DNA of 64,000 nt, from assembly GCA_027340875.1 (NCBI GenBank), contig DAIENX010000007.1, positions 101,143 to 165,142 on the forward strand. Reading direction: 5' to 3'. The DNA is from Elusimicrobiota bacterium. Lineage in GTDB: Bacteria; Elusimicrobiota; Elusimicrobia; Elusimicrobiales; UBA9959. Positions 46,740-55,312 of the stretch are shown one piece after another. How positions within the stretch are numbered: position 1 is the first letter of the stretch; each line of letters starts with the position of its first letter. The notes under the pieces are model-generated. The model worked only from the letters and a program-made list of their open reading frames with translations. It was not told the origin of the DNA and did not search any database. A program made the translations under genes and the position numbers.

Positions 46740-47786
46740 CTAATCCCGGGAACCGGGGCGCCAGCCGCTGCGGCGGAGATGGTCGAGTATCTCCTTGACT
46801 ATGAACGGCCCCTCGTAGACGAGGCCGGAGTAGACCTGCACCAGGTCCGCGCCCAGGCGCAGCTTCTCCCTAGCGCTCGGGCCGTCGAAAATGCCGCCGG
46901 ATCCTATGATGGGGACGCGGCCCTTCACCAGCGCGGCGGTCTTGGCCAGCACCGCGCTGGAAAGCTCCCTGAGGGGGCGGCCGCTGAGGCCTCCCTCGTA
47001 CGCCTTCCAGCGCTGCGGCACGGCCGCCCGGTCCACCGTGGTGTTGGTGGCTATCAGCCCGAACCCTTTCTCCACGGCCAGCGCCGCGGCGCCCTCGAGA
47101 TCGGCGTCCTCCAGGTCGGGGGCTATCTTGACGAAGAAAGGCTTGGTCTTTTTGCAGCCGGCCGCGAAGTCGAGCATCGGCTCCACGAGCCGGCGCAGCT
47201 TCTCCCCGCGGTGCAGCGAACGCAGCTGCAGCGTGTTGGGCGAGCTGATGTTGACGGCGAAATAGTCGCCGAACTCGTACATCACCTTCAGCGTCTCCAG
47301 GTAGTTCCTGGGGGCGTCCTCGAGGGAGCAGTCGGCGTTCTTGCCCACGCTGATGCCCACCGGCACAGGAAGCGGCAGCAGCTTCTCCAGCGACTTGGCC
47401 GCGGCCCAGGCGCCGGAGTTATTGAAGCCCATGCGGTTGATTATGGCCCCGTCGTCGCGCAGCCTGAACAGGCGCGGCTTGGGATTGCCGGGCTGCGGCC
47501 GCAGCGTGACCGTGCCGAGCTCGAGGAAACCGAAACCGAGGCCGGCGAGGAAGCGGGCGGCCTCGCAGTTCTTGTCGAAGCCGGCCGCCAGGCCCACCGG
47601 GTTGCGGAACTTCAGCCCGGCCGCGCGCACCGGCATGTCGGCCGAGCGCGTCAGGAAGCGGAGCACGGAGTTGAACAGCTCGACGTGCTGCGTCGAGCGC
47701 GCGGTCCTGATAAGCGAGTCGTGGACCAGCTCCGGGTTGAGAGCGAAGAGTATGCGCCTTACAAGCTTCCGGTAGAGGAATCCCAT
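46740..47786 (-). CDS. pyrD: Quinone-dependent dihydroorotate dehydrogenase (class 2)
   Basis: NPVGLAAGFDKN, GNPKPRLFRL, NISSPNT, KIAPD, GGLSG. Confidence 0.95.
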   Translation of the reverse strand: MGFLYRKLVRRILFALNPELVHDSLIRTARSTQHVELFNSVLRFLTRSADMPVRAAGLKFRNPVGLAAGFDKNCEAARFLAGLGFGFLELGTVTLRPQPGNPKPRLFRLRDDGAIINRMGFNNSGAWAAAKSLEKLLPLPVPVGISVGKNADCSLEDAPRNYLETLKVMYEFGDYFAVNISSPNTLQLRSLHRGEKLRRLVEPMLDFAAGCKKTKPFFVKIAPDLEDADLEGAAALAVEKGFGLIATNTTVDRAAVPQRWKAYEGGLSGRPLRELSSAVLAKTAALVKGRVPIIGSGGIFDGPSAREKLRLGADLVQVYSGLVYEGPFIVKEILDHLRRSGWRPGSRD

Positions 47787-47822
47787 AGCAGTCCTACAAT
47801 TCTAGCAAATGACGGGAACCGT

Positions 47823-49094
47823 TCAGCGGGAAGAGAAGACGACATTCCCGGCGAGGACGGTCAGCGCCGGCCAGCCGCTCAGCCGCCGGCCCACGTAGGG
47901 GGAATTGGACGAGCGCGAGACGAACGAGGAAGGCACGCGCCTGACGGAGGAAGGGTCCAGCACCGTCACGTCCGCGTCGAAGCCGGCGGCCAGCCTGCCC
48001 TTGCGCGCGAGACCGAGCAGCCCGGCCGGGTTGAGCGACGTGAGCGCGGCCAGGCGCTTCTTCGGCAGCCCGTTGGCCCGCACGAGGACGGTCACGCACA
48101 GGGGCGCCAGCGTCTCGAGGCCGATTATGCCGAACGGCGCGCGGGCGAGCCCGCGGGCCTTCAGCGCGGCCTCGTGCGGGGCGTGGTCGGTGGCGATAAC
48201 GTCAATGGTGCCGTCGAGAACGGCGCCCAGCACCGCGTCCCTGTCGGCGGGGGAGCGCAGCGGCGGCTTCATCTTGAAGGAGGCGTCGTCCTTCCTTATG
48301 TCCGAGTCGCTCAGCGTGAAATAATGAGGGCAGGTCTCGCCGGTCACCTTCCAGCCGCAGGCTTTGGCCGCCCGCAGCGCGGCAACGGAGGAGGCCAGGC
48401 TCAGGTGCTGCAGGTGTATGGGCCCTGCGGCGGAAGCGGCGAGGAGGTCGGCCAGCACCGCGTTCAGCTCGGCCGCCGGCGGTATGCCGGGCACGCCGAG
48501 CCGCCGCGAGGCGGGCCCCTCGTTTATCGCTCCGGCGCCGGTCCTGGAAAAGTCCTCCGAGTGGTTCAGCAGCGGCGTCCCGAGCGCGGCGGCGGAACGT
48601 ATGAGCCCCGGCAGCAGCCGCGGCGGTATGGCGGAGCCGTCGTCGGTGAACGCCGCGGCGCCGGCCTTCTTCAGCGCCGCCAGGCGCGAAGGCGAACGCC
48701 CGGCACGGCCCGAGGTGGCCGCGGCGGAAAAATAGAGGTTGGCCGGCAGGCCGGCGGCCCTGGCCCTGTACCTGCGCAGCAGAGCCGGCGAGTCCATCGG
48801 CGGTGAGGTGTTAGGCATCAGCAAAGCCGAAGTAACGCCGCCGGCCGCTGCGGCCGCCGCGGCGCTGGCCAGCGTCTCGGCTGCCTCGGCCCCGGGCTCC
48901 CTGGCATGCACGTGCAGGTCCACGAAGCCCGGGAAGACCCAGAGGCCGGACGCGTCGAACTCCCGGCAGCCGGCGGGGGGGCGTATCCTGCCGCCGGCGC
49001 GGACTATGCCGGATCCGGAAAGCAGCAGGTCGCCCCGCCTCTCTCCGGAGACCGGGTCCACCAGCAGGCCGTTCTTTATCAGGAGACCGCTCAT
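47823..49094 (-). CDS. pyrC: Dihydroorotase (type I)
   Basis: DLHVHAREPG, MPNT, TDDG, ETCPHY, KMKPPLR, ATDHAPH. Confidence 0.93.
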   Translation of the reverse strand: MSGLLIKNGLLVDPVSGERRGDLLLSGSGIVRAGGRIRPPAGCREFDASGLWVFPGFVDLHVHAREPGAEAAETLASAAAAAAAGGVTSALLMPNTSPPMDSPALLRRYRARAAGLPANLYFSAAATSGRAGRSPSRLAALKKAGAAAFTDDGSAIPPRLLPGLIRSAAALGTPLLNHSEDFSRTGAGAINEGPASRRLGVPGIPPAAELNAVLADLLAASAAGPIHLQHLSLASSVAALRAAKACGWKVTGETCPHYFTLSDSDIRKDDASFKMKPPLRSPADRDAVLGAVLDGTIDVIATDHAPHEAALKARGLARAPFGIIGLETLAPLCVTVLVRANGLPKKRLAALTSLNPAGLLGLARKGRLAAGFDADVTVLDPSSVRRVPSSFVSRSSNSPYVGRRLSGWPALTVLAGNVVFSSR

Positions 49095-49750
49095 TTAACC
49101 GGGCTGGTCCGGGCGGGCAGGCCCGCGGCCGGAGAGCTCTCTATGGTGACCTGCCGGGGGCCGAAAGAGCTGTCGCTCTCCCGGTACGCGACCAGTTGCA
49201 GCCCCGCCAGCAGCAGCAGCGTAGCCCAGACGACGTGCAGCGCCCGCTTAGGGCTGAAGCCGTGGGCGGTCTTGGCCAGCACCGCCAGCAGCAGCGCTCC
49301 GCCGATGGCCGAATGCCTCGCCAGCACCTCGCGCCAGGCGGCCTCGTTCACGCGGCTGGCCATCATGAAGTACAGGCACGCGGCGAAAGCCAGCAGGCCG
49401 AGGAAGGTCGTCTGCCAGCCGCCGCCCTCACGGCCGACGGCCACCCTTGTCAGCAGGCTCAAGCCCGCGCCGGTGAAGAGGCAGGCGAAAGCGATGAACA
49501 GATAGAAGCCGCGCCGCAGGTTCAGCGCGGCGGAAAGCTGCTCCAGGCTGCCGCCGCCCGGGTAGGCCACCATCACGGCCAGCATGGCCACCCCGGATAT
49601 GGCCAGCGCGAAGCCGGCGGCCAGCGCGGCCCCGCGGCCCTTGTTGTCCAGGGCGTAGGCCTCGGCGGCGCCGAGCAGTATCAGGGCCGCGCCCTGCAGC
49701 GAGTGTATCAGGTTGGAAGCGCGGGTGAAATCAGCGTAATCTATGGTCAT
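49091..49750 (-). CDS. Multi-pass membrane hypothetical protein
   Basis: About six hydrophobic helices; coupled to pyrC. Confidence 0.65.
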   Translation of the reverse strand: MTIDYADFTRASNLIHSLQGAALILLGAAEAYALDNKGRGAALAAGFALAISGVAMLAVMVAYPGGGSLEQLSAALNLRRGFYLFIAFACLFTGAGLSLLTRVAVGREGGGWQTTFLGLLAFAACLYFMMASRVNEAAWREVLARHSAIGGALLLAVLAKTAHGFSPKRALHVVWATLLLLAGLQLVAYRESDSSFGPRQVTIESSPAAGLPARTSPVK

Positions 49751-50133
49751 TTCTTCTTGCCACGCCGGGTCGGCCCGGAAAGATAGAAATACAGACCGGA
49801 GACGCCGGTGCCGATGAACAGCAGCCAGAGCGGGCTGGAAAGGCCCGGCGCTCCGGAGACCGGAACCTCGGGAGCTGGGGCTGAAGCCGGCTCAGGAGCG
49901 GGTGTCTTCGCGGCCTCTTTCTCCGGCTTGGGCTCCGCCTGCCTCATGGCCGCGCGCGTTTTGCCGGCCGCGGACGTCGCTGGAGGCAATGGCTCCCGCA
50001 GCGAGGCGGCGACGAACGGGGAGGTCCGCTTGGAGCCCGCGGAACAGGCGTCGGCGCTCTTCGCGCAGCCGGGATCCGCGGCGCGCAGCGCGGGAGCGGC
50101 CAGCAGCAGGGCGAGGATAAGCGTAGTTTTCAT
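49747..50133 (-). CDS. Exported protein with C-terminal membrane anchor
   Basis: Signal peptide, Cys pair, Pro/Ala linker, C-terminal TM helix and basic tail. Confidence 0.6.
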   Translation of the reverse strand: MKTTLILALLLAAPALRAADPGCAKSADACSAGSKRTSPFVAASLREPLPPATSAAGKTRAAMRQAEPKPEKEAAKTPAPEPASAPAPEVPVSGAPGLSSPLWLLFIGTGVSGLYFYLSGPTRRGKKK

Positions 50134-50684
50134 GGCTTGTTGTAGGAGGAGAACTGGTCTTTGGTCTTGCGCGGACGCGGGGCGGGGTTTTCGGCCGGGT
50201 AGCCTACCGAGATGAGCACCTGTATGCGGCGCCCGGGACCTACGCCCAGGGCTTTGCCGGCCGCCTTAGCGTTGAACCAGCCCAGCCAGCAGGTCCCCAG
50301 CCCCTGCTCCGCGGCGGCCAGCACGAAATGCTCGGCGGAGATTCCGACGTCTACCAGACGGAAATTGGTGTCCTGCACCTGGTTGCCGAGCCAGGCTGTC
50401 AGCTTCCCGGTGTCCGAGACCACGGCGACCATTACGGGCGCCTTGGCGGCGAACTTGCAGGCGGCGTAGACCCCGCTGAAAGCGGCCGCGCAGAACTTCT
50501 CCTTCAGGACGGGCTCGTCTATCACGACGAAGCGGCAGGGCTGGGCGTTGCAGGCCGACGGGGCCAGCCTGGCGGCCTCCAGGCAGATGTCCAGCTTCGC
50601 CCTCTCCACGGGGGCGGGACTATAGCTGCGGATGCTGCGGCGCGCGGCCGCGAGCGCCAGGAAGGGGGAACGCTGCATTCCCAT
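50130..50684 (-). CDS. Nitroreductase family protein (start may be 50678)
   Basis: RRSIRSY, APSACNAQP, GLGTCWLGWF, VGYP. Confidence 0.93.
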   Translation of the reverse strand: MGMQRSPFLALAAARRSIRSYSPAPVERAKLDICLEAARLAPSACNAQPCRFVVIDEPVLKEKFCAAAFSGVYAACKFAAKAPVMVAVVSDTGKLTAWLGNQVQDTNFRLVDVGISAEHFVLAAAEQGLGTCWLGWFNAKAAGKALGVGPGRRIQVLISVGYPAENPAPRPRKTKDQFSSYNKP

Positions 50685-50728
50685 ATTTTATAATATAGCG
50701 TGGCCTTATTGGCCGGGAGGCTAGCGCT

Positions 50729-51067
50729 ATGAACGACTGGAAGGACAACGTGGATTTCGCGATGACCGTGTGCGACGCCGAGGGGAAGATAACGCTGATG
50801 AACGCCAAGGCCGCCGCCACCTTCGCCAAGAGCGGCGGCGCGGAGCTGGTGGGCAAAAGCCTGCTCGACTGCCACCCGGAACCTTCGAAGACGAAGCTTA
50901 AAGACCTGCTCTCCTCTCCGCGGCTCAACGCCTACACGATAGAGAAGAACGGCGTGAAGAAGCTTATCTACCAGGCGCCGGTGATGGAGGGAGGAAAGCT
51001 CGCCGGCATAGTGGAACTCTCGCTGCCGCTGCCCGCCGAAATGCCGCACTTCGTCCGAAAACCCTGA
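50729..51067 (+). CDS. Stand-alone PAS domain protein
   Basis: TVCDAEGKITLMN, GKSLLDCHP; GGGAGG RBS. Confidence 0.8.
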   Translation: MNDWKDNVDFAMTVCDAEGKITLMNAKAAATFAKSGGAELVGKSLLDCHPEPSKTKLKDLLSSPRLNAYTIEKNGVKKLIYQAPVMEGGKLAGIVELSLPLPAEMPHFVRKP

Positions 51068-51100
51068 TGCCGGCAACGCCGACCGGCGCAGTTTCCAGGA

Positions 51101-52876
51101 TCAGAGCGCGCCGGAGCGCTGGAAGCGGCGGGCCAGGTCGGCGCCGGAGAGGAAGAACAGCGTAGGGCGCCCGTGCGGGCAGTGGAAACTGTCTTTCGTC
51201 CCGCGCAGGTCCTCCATCAGGCGCAGCGCCTCCTGCGGCTTCACGAAGTCGTGCGCCTTTATCGACTTCTTGCAGGCCATCGTGGCTATGATGTTTCGCT
51301 TCATGTCCTCGGCGGCCTTCTCGGGCTCGCCCAGCACCTCGGACAGGTAGCCCAAAAACTCCGCGAAGGCGGGCTGCGTGAAATAGAACAGCGCAGGGGC
51401 CGCGCGCAGCAGCGCCACCGCCGGGCCGCGCTGCTCCACCTCGAAGCCGGCACTCTTCAGCCAGTCCTTCCACTTGAGCACCGTCTCCATCTGGGAGCGG
51501 GAAAGCTCGGTCTCCAGCGGCACCAGCAGCGGCTGCACCTTGACCGAGCCCTTGTCGAACTCCCCCAGGTACTTCTCGAACAGCACGCGCTCCTGCGCGG
51601 CGTGCTGGTCCACCACCAGCAGGCCGGCGTCGGTCTCGAAGAGCAGGTAGCTCTTGGCCAGCTGGCCCAGGTAGGAGAGGTCGTGGGCGCGCCAGTCTGC
51701 CGCTGCGGGAGCGGCACCCGCCGCGGGTCCCGCGGGAACGGAAGAGGCCGCGTCGAACAGACCGCCGGTCTCCGCGGCCGCGGACGGGGCGGCGCCGGCC
51801 TCGCGGTAGGCCGGCACGTCGGGAGCGGAAAAAGGTTTCGCGCCGGCTTCGGGGGCCAGGGCCACGGCGGCGGTCTGCTTCGAAAGGAGCTCCTCGTAGA
51901 CGCAGCCGGAGACGGTCTTGAAGATCTCGTTCTCCGACGAGAACTTCACGTCCCGCTTCTGCGGGTGGATGTTGGCGTCGAAAGCGCCCGGGTCCAGCTC
52001 CACGAACAGCGCGCAGGCTGGATGGCGGCCGGTCAGCATGTGGCCGTAGCCGCGGTAGAGGGCCTGCCGCAGCAGCGCCGAGGAGACGGGGCGGCGGTTG
52101 ACGAAAAAGTGCTGGTTGACGCGCGTGGAGGCCAGCGCGTCCGGCCTGGACACCAGGCCGTAGACGGCCATGCCCGGGGTCTTGCTCTCCACGCGGGCCA
52201 GGCCGCCGTAGACGCCTTTGCCGAAGATGACCGCCGCGCGGTTCTTGAGGTTCTCCCACATGCCCCCGGGCAGGGAAGGCAGATCGAGGATCCCGGCGCC
52301 GTCTATAACCAGGCGGAAAGAGACGCCGGGGCTGGCCAGCGCGGCCTCTTCCACCGCGCGTATCAGGTGCGAGCGCTCCGCCGCGTCGCTCTTCATGAAC
52401 TTGGCCCGGGCCGGCGTGTTGAAGAACAGGTCCGCGGCCTCTATCGTGGTGCCTTTCACCGGGGGGGCCGGCAGCTCGGCGATCACCTTCCCTCCCTCGC
52501 CCTCTATCGAATAGCCGGAATCCGCGCCGGCCTTGAAGGAGGTCAGCTTCAGCCTGGACACCGCGAAGACGGAATAAAGGGCCTCGCCGCGGAAGCCGAA
52601 AGTGGCCAGCGAGTAGAGGTCGTCGAAGGCGCCGAGCTTGCTGGTGGCGTGACGGCCCAGCGCCAGCCGCAGGTCCTCGCGGTCCATGCCGCGCCCGTCG
52701 TCGTGCACGCGGATCAGGCCGCGGCCGGCCTTTTTTATCTCGATATCCACGCGCGAGGCGCCTGCGTCCAGGGAGTTCTCTATCAGCTCCTTGAGCACCG
52801 AGGCGGGACGCTCGATGACCTCGCCGGCGGCGATCTTGGACACCACATCTTCGGGCAGCACTTTTATCTCTGGCAT
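51101..52876 (-). CDS. mutL: DNA mismatch repair endonuclease MutL
   Basis: IAAGEVIERP, HATSK, GFRGEAL, DQHAAQERVLFE, ACK, CPHGRP. Confidence 0.97.
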   Translation of the reverse strand: MPEIKVLPEDVVSKIAAGEVIERPASVLKELIENSLDAGASRVDIEIKKAGRGLIRVHDDGRGMDREDLRLALGRHATSKLGAFDDLYSLATFGFRGEALYSVFAVSRLKLTSFKAGADSGYSIEGEGGKVIAELPAPPVKGTTIEAADLFFNTPARAKFMKSDAAERSHLIRAVEEAALASPGVSFRLVIDGAGILDLPSLPGGMWENLKNRAAVIFGKGVYGGLARVESKTPGMAVYGLVSRPDALASTRVNQHFFVNRRPVSSALLRQALYRGYGHMLTGRHPACALFVELDPGAFDANIHPQKRDVKFSSENEIFKTVSGCVYEELLSKQTAAVALAPEAGAKPFSAPDVPAYREAGAAPSAAAETGGLFDAASSVPAGPAAGAAPAAADWRAHDLSYLGQLAKSYLLFETDAGLLVVDQHAAQERVLFEKYLGEFDKGSVKVQPLLVPLETELSRSQMETVLKWKDWLKSAGFEVEQRGPAVALLRAAPALFYFTQPAFAEFLGYLSEVLGEPEKAAEDMKRNIIATMACKKSIKAHDFVKPQEALRLMEDLRGTKDSFHCPHGRPTLFFLSGADLARRFQRSGAL

Positions 52877-52899
52877 AGGAAGATTTTATCAATTCCGGC

Positions 52900-53640
52900 T
52901 CAGCCCAGCATCCGGTTGCCCATCATCACCAGGTTCACCATGGCGTGCATCATCACGTTGACCGGCAGCCGCCGCTCCTTCTCGTAGACCCAGCAGAAAT
53001 ACAGGCCTACCGGCAGCATCAGCGGGGCGGCCGCGCCGTGGAAGAGCGCGAAAAAGGCCGCCGAGCAGCCGGCGCTGTACCAGAAGCCGCGGGAGGCGCG
53101 CAGCGAGGCGAAGAGGACGCGCCTGAAGAAGAGCTCCTCGGCCAGCGGGCCGAGCGCGCAGGCCGTCAGCAGCGACGGCAGCAGCCGCCACGGCGAGACC
53201 GCCGCCACCTTGCGCAGGATCACGCCCTCGCGCGCGGCCGGCGCGGAGACAGGCTGCAGCAGCGTTTTCATGCCGTGATCGCCCAGCAGCAGCCAGAGGC
53301 CGGACAGGACCACGGCGATGGCGGCGGCGAGCAGCACGTAGCCGCCGAAATATTTCAGGGCCTTGAGCAGGTCGTCCGGGAATTTCCGCTTCCAGTCCGC
53401 CAGCGCCGTCCGCCAGTCGGCGCCGAGGCGCGCCAGCAGCGCGGCGGAGGCGGCGGCGGTGCCCAGCATCGCCGGGGCTATGGACTCCAGGGGGGTGAAG
53501 CGCAGGCGCAGCAGCTCCTCCGCCAGGGCGGGCAGGGCGGAGAGCACGGCGTGCAGGAAGACTATGAAGGCGGAGAATGCCAGCAGGCGCACGCCGTCGC
53601 GGCACGTGGCCGCGCCGCCGAAAGGGTCGTTAGCCTCCAT
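52900..53640 (-). CDS. CPBP (CAAX/Abi) intramembrane metalloprotease
   Basis: AEELFFR, FALFH, HAMVN. Confidence 0.88.
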   Translation of the reverse strand: MEANDPFGGAATCRDGVRLLAFSAFIVFLHAVLSALPALAEELLRLRFTPLESIAPAMLGTAAASAALLARLGADWRTALADWKRKFPDDLLKALKYFGGYVLLAAAIAVVLSGLWLLLGDHGMKTLLQPVSAPAAREGVILRKVAAVSPWRLLPSLLTACALGPLAEELFFRRVLFASLRASRGFWYSAGCSAAFFALFHGAAAPLMLPVGLYFCWVYEKERRLPVNVMMHAMVNLVMMGNRMLG

Positions 53641-53656
53641 GCCCGGGGGTCCCGGC

Positions 53657-54820
53657 TCAGGGCCGCGGGGCGGGGGCCTGGCCGGCCTTGGCTATGTAAT
53701 CCAGCGCGTAGGTATAGCCGCCGAGCTCGCCGGTGACGGCTGAGCCGACCACCGGCAGGCCGGCCGCCTCGAAGGCCGCGGCCTTGTCCTGCATGGCTTT
53801 CCTGGCGTCCTTGTCAAAGGTGAAGGTCTCCTGGGCCTGGTAGGTCTCCACGGCGGCGGACTGCACCACCCCGGAGTGCTGGTAGAAGTTCTGCACCAGG
53901 AAATCCACGCCGTAGGAATAATCGCCGCCGACCGGCCTGGACACGGAGGAGAGCGGCGGCACGCCGGCTTTCCGGAACAGCGGCTCGGCGGCCTTGCCGG
54001 CGGCCAGCGCGTTCTTCTCGAACGGGAAGGTCTCCCTGGCGTCGTAGCGGAGCACGGAGTACTGCGGCCTGGGGGCGGCTTTGCCGGTCTTGACCGCGTA
54101 TTCCACCTGCACGGCATAATCCCCGTCGGGGCGGCTCACGGCCTTGCCGCGTATCGCGGGCACGCCGGCCTGCCTGAAAAGGGACAGGTAGTAGGCGATG
54201 TTCTTCTTGGCCTCGCTCTCGAAGGTGAACTTGCCGCCGGTGTACTCCCTGAACTTGACGTCGTATTCCGGAGCCCGCTGCAGCACGTCGGTCACCAGGT
54301 AGTCCACGGCGAAGGCGCCGTCGCCGCCGGAATCGTAGGTATAGGAGCCGACCACGGACAGCCTGGCCGCGCGGAAGGCGGCGGCGCAGTCGTTCATCGC
54401 GGCCGCGGCGCTCTGCGAGGGCCAGTATGAGGAACCGTTATCGTAGGTCGCCACCAGCACGGCCGGCGGCAGCGCGGCCCCGGCCTTGACCGTCGGGATG
54501 TAATCTATCGCGAAGCTGTAATCGCTGCCGGCGGGAACGACCCGGCCGCCCAGGGTGGCGATGCCGGCGGCGTTGAGGTCCCGTATGCGGGCTTCCATCG
54601 CGGGTTTCGCCTGGCTCTCGAAACTGAAGGTCTCGTCGGTAGTATAGGCCGCTATCTGGACGCCGGGAGGGATCACCGGCGGCTGGCCGTGCGGAACCGG
54701 CACCGCCGGCTGGGCGCCGTGCACGCTGCCGGCGGTATATGAGTTCAGGACGAAATCCTGCGAGAAGGACGGCGTCGCCAGGACAAAAAAGGATATTGCG
54801 GCGGCTACTGTGTTCAGCAT
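53657..54820 (-). CDS. Exported protein with five tandem ~60-65 aa repeats
   Basis: GGGAGG RBS, signal peptide, repeated Y..ETFxFExxA...AG...GDYx..DY units. Confidence 0.8.
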   Translation of the reverse strand: MLNTVAAAISFFVLATPSFSQDFVLNSYTAGSVHGAQPAVPVPHGQPPVIPPGVQIAAYTTDETFSFESQAKPAMEARIRDLNAAGIATLGGRVVPAGSDYSFAIDYIPTVKAGAALPPAVLVATYDNGSSYWPSQSAAAAMNDCAAAFRAARLSVVGSYTYDSGGDGAFAVDYLVTDVLQRAPEYDVKFREYTGGKFTFESEAKKNIAYYLSLFRQAGVPAIRGKAVSRPDGDYAVQVEYAVKTGKAAPRPQYSVLRYDARETFPFEKNALAAGKAAEPLFRKAGVPPLSSVSRPVGGDYSYGVDFLVQNFYQHSGVVQSAAVETYQAQETFTFDKDARKAMQDKAAAFEAAGLPVVGSAVTGELGGYTYALDYIAKAGQAPAPRP

Positions 54821-54901
54821 TGTGCCTCCCTGTACCCTTAAATTATAATAATTACGCGCCGGCAGGTCATGGGCCAATAGGCCATGCCGCCGGTAGGCCG
54901 T

Positions 54902-55312
54902 ATGGACAAGAACAGGAACTGGCTCGATTACTTCTACTACGCGGCGCCAGCCTGGTTGCTGCTGGAGACCTTTTTCTGGCCCAACTTCAGGGCCGGCGCC
55001 GTGACCGGCGGCTCCTTCTGGGGGAACCTGGCCTTCTACTCGGCCGAGGGCGGGCTGGGGGCCGCGCTCTATTTCCACCTGCCCTACGCCAGGCCGGCCG
55101 CGCTCCTGGAGAACGCGGCGCTGGTAGTGGTCTATATGAAGTTCATCCTGTTCGCGCCGTGGGACATAGCGGCGAACATCGCCGACCCGGGAGCGGGAGA
55201 GGCCGCCTCGGCCTACGCCGCCGCGCTGCCCGGCGCGCTGTACTCCTGCTGCCACGTGATGCTACGGCTGCGCTCGGAACTGGACCGCCGCGGCGGAAAG
55301 TTCAATCCTTGA
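54902..55312 (+). CDS. Small membrane hypothetical protein
   Basis: Four hydrophobic segments; start 54902 or 54884. Confidence 0.6.
   Translation: MDKNRNWLDYFYYAAPAWLLLETFFWPNFRAGAVTGGSFWGNLAFYSAEGGLGAALYFHLPYARPAALLENAALVVVYMKFILFAPWDIAANIADPGAGEAASAYAAALPGALYSCCHVMLRLRSELDRRGGKFNP

Noticed and set aside
45445-49094. pyr cluster lacking pyrB and carAB
   Set aside because: Split pyr operons are common, and the PyrC metal ligands are intact.
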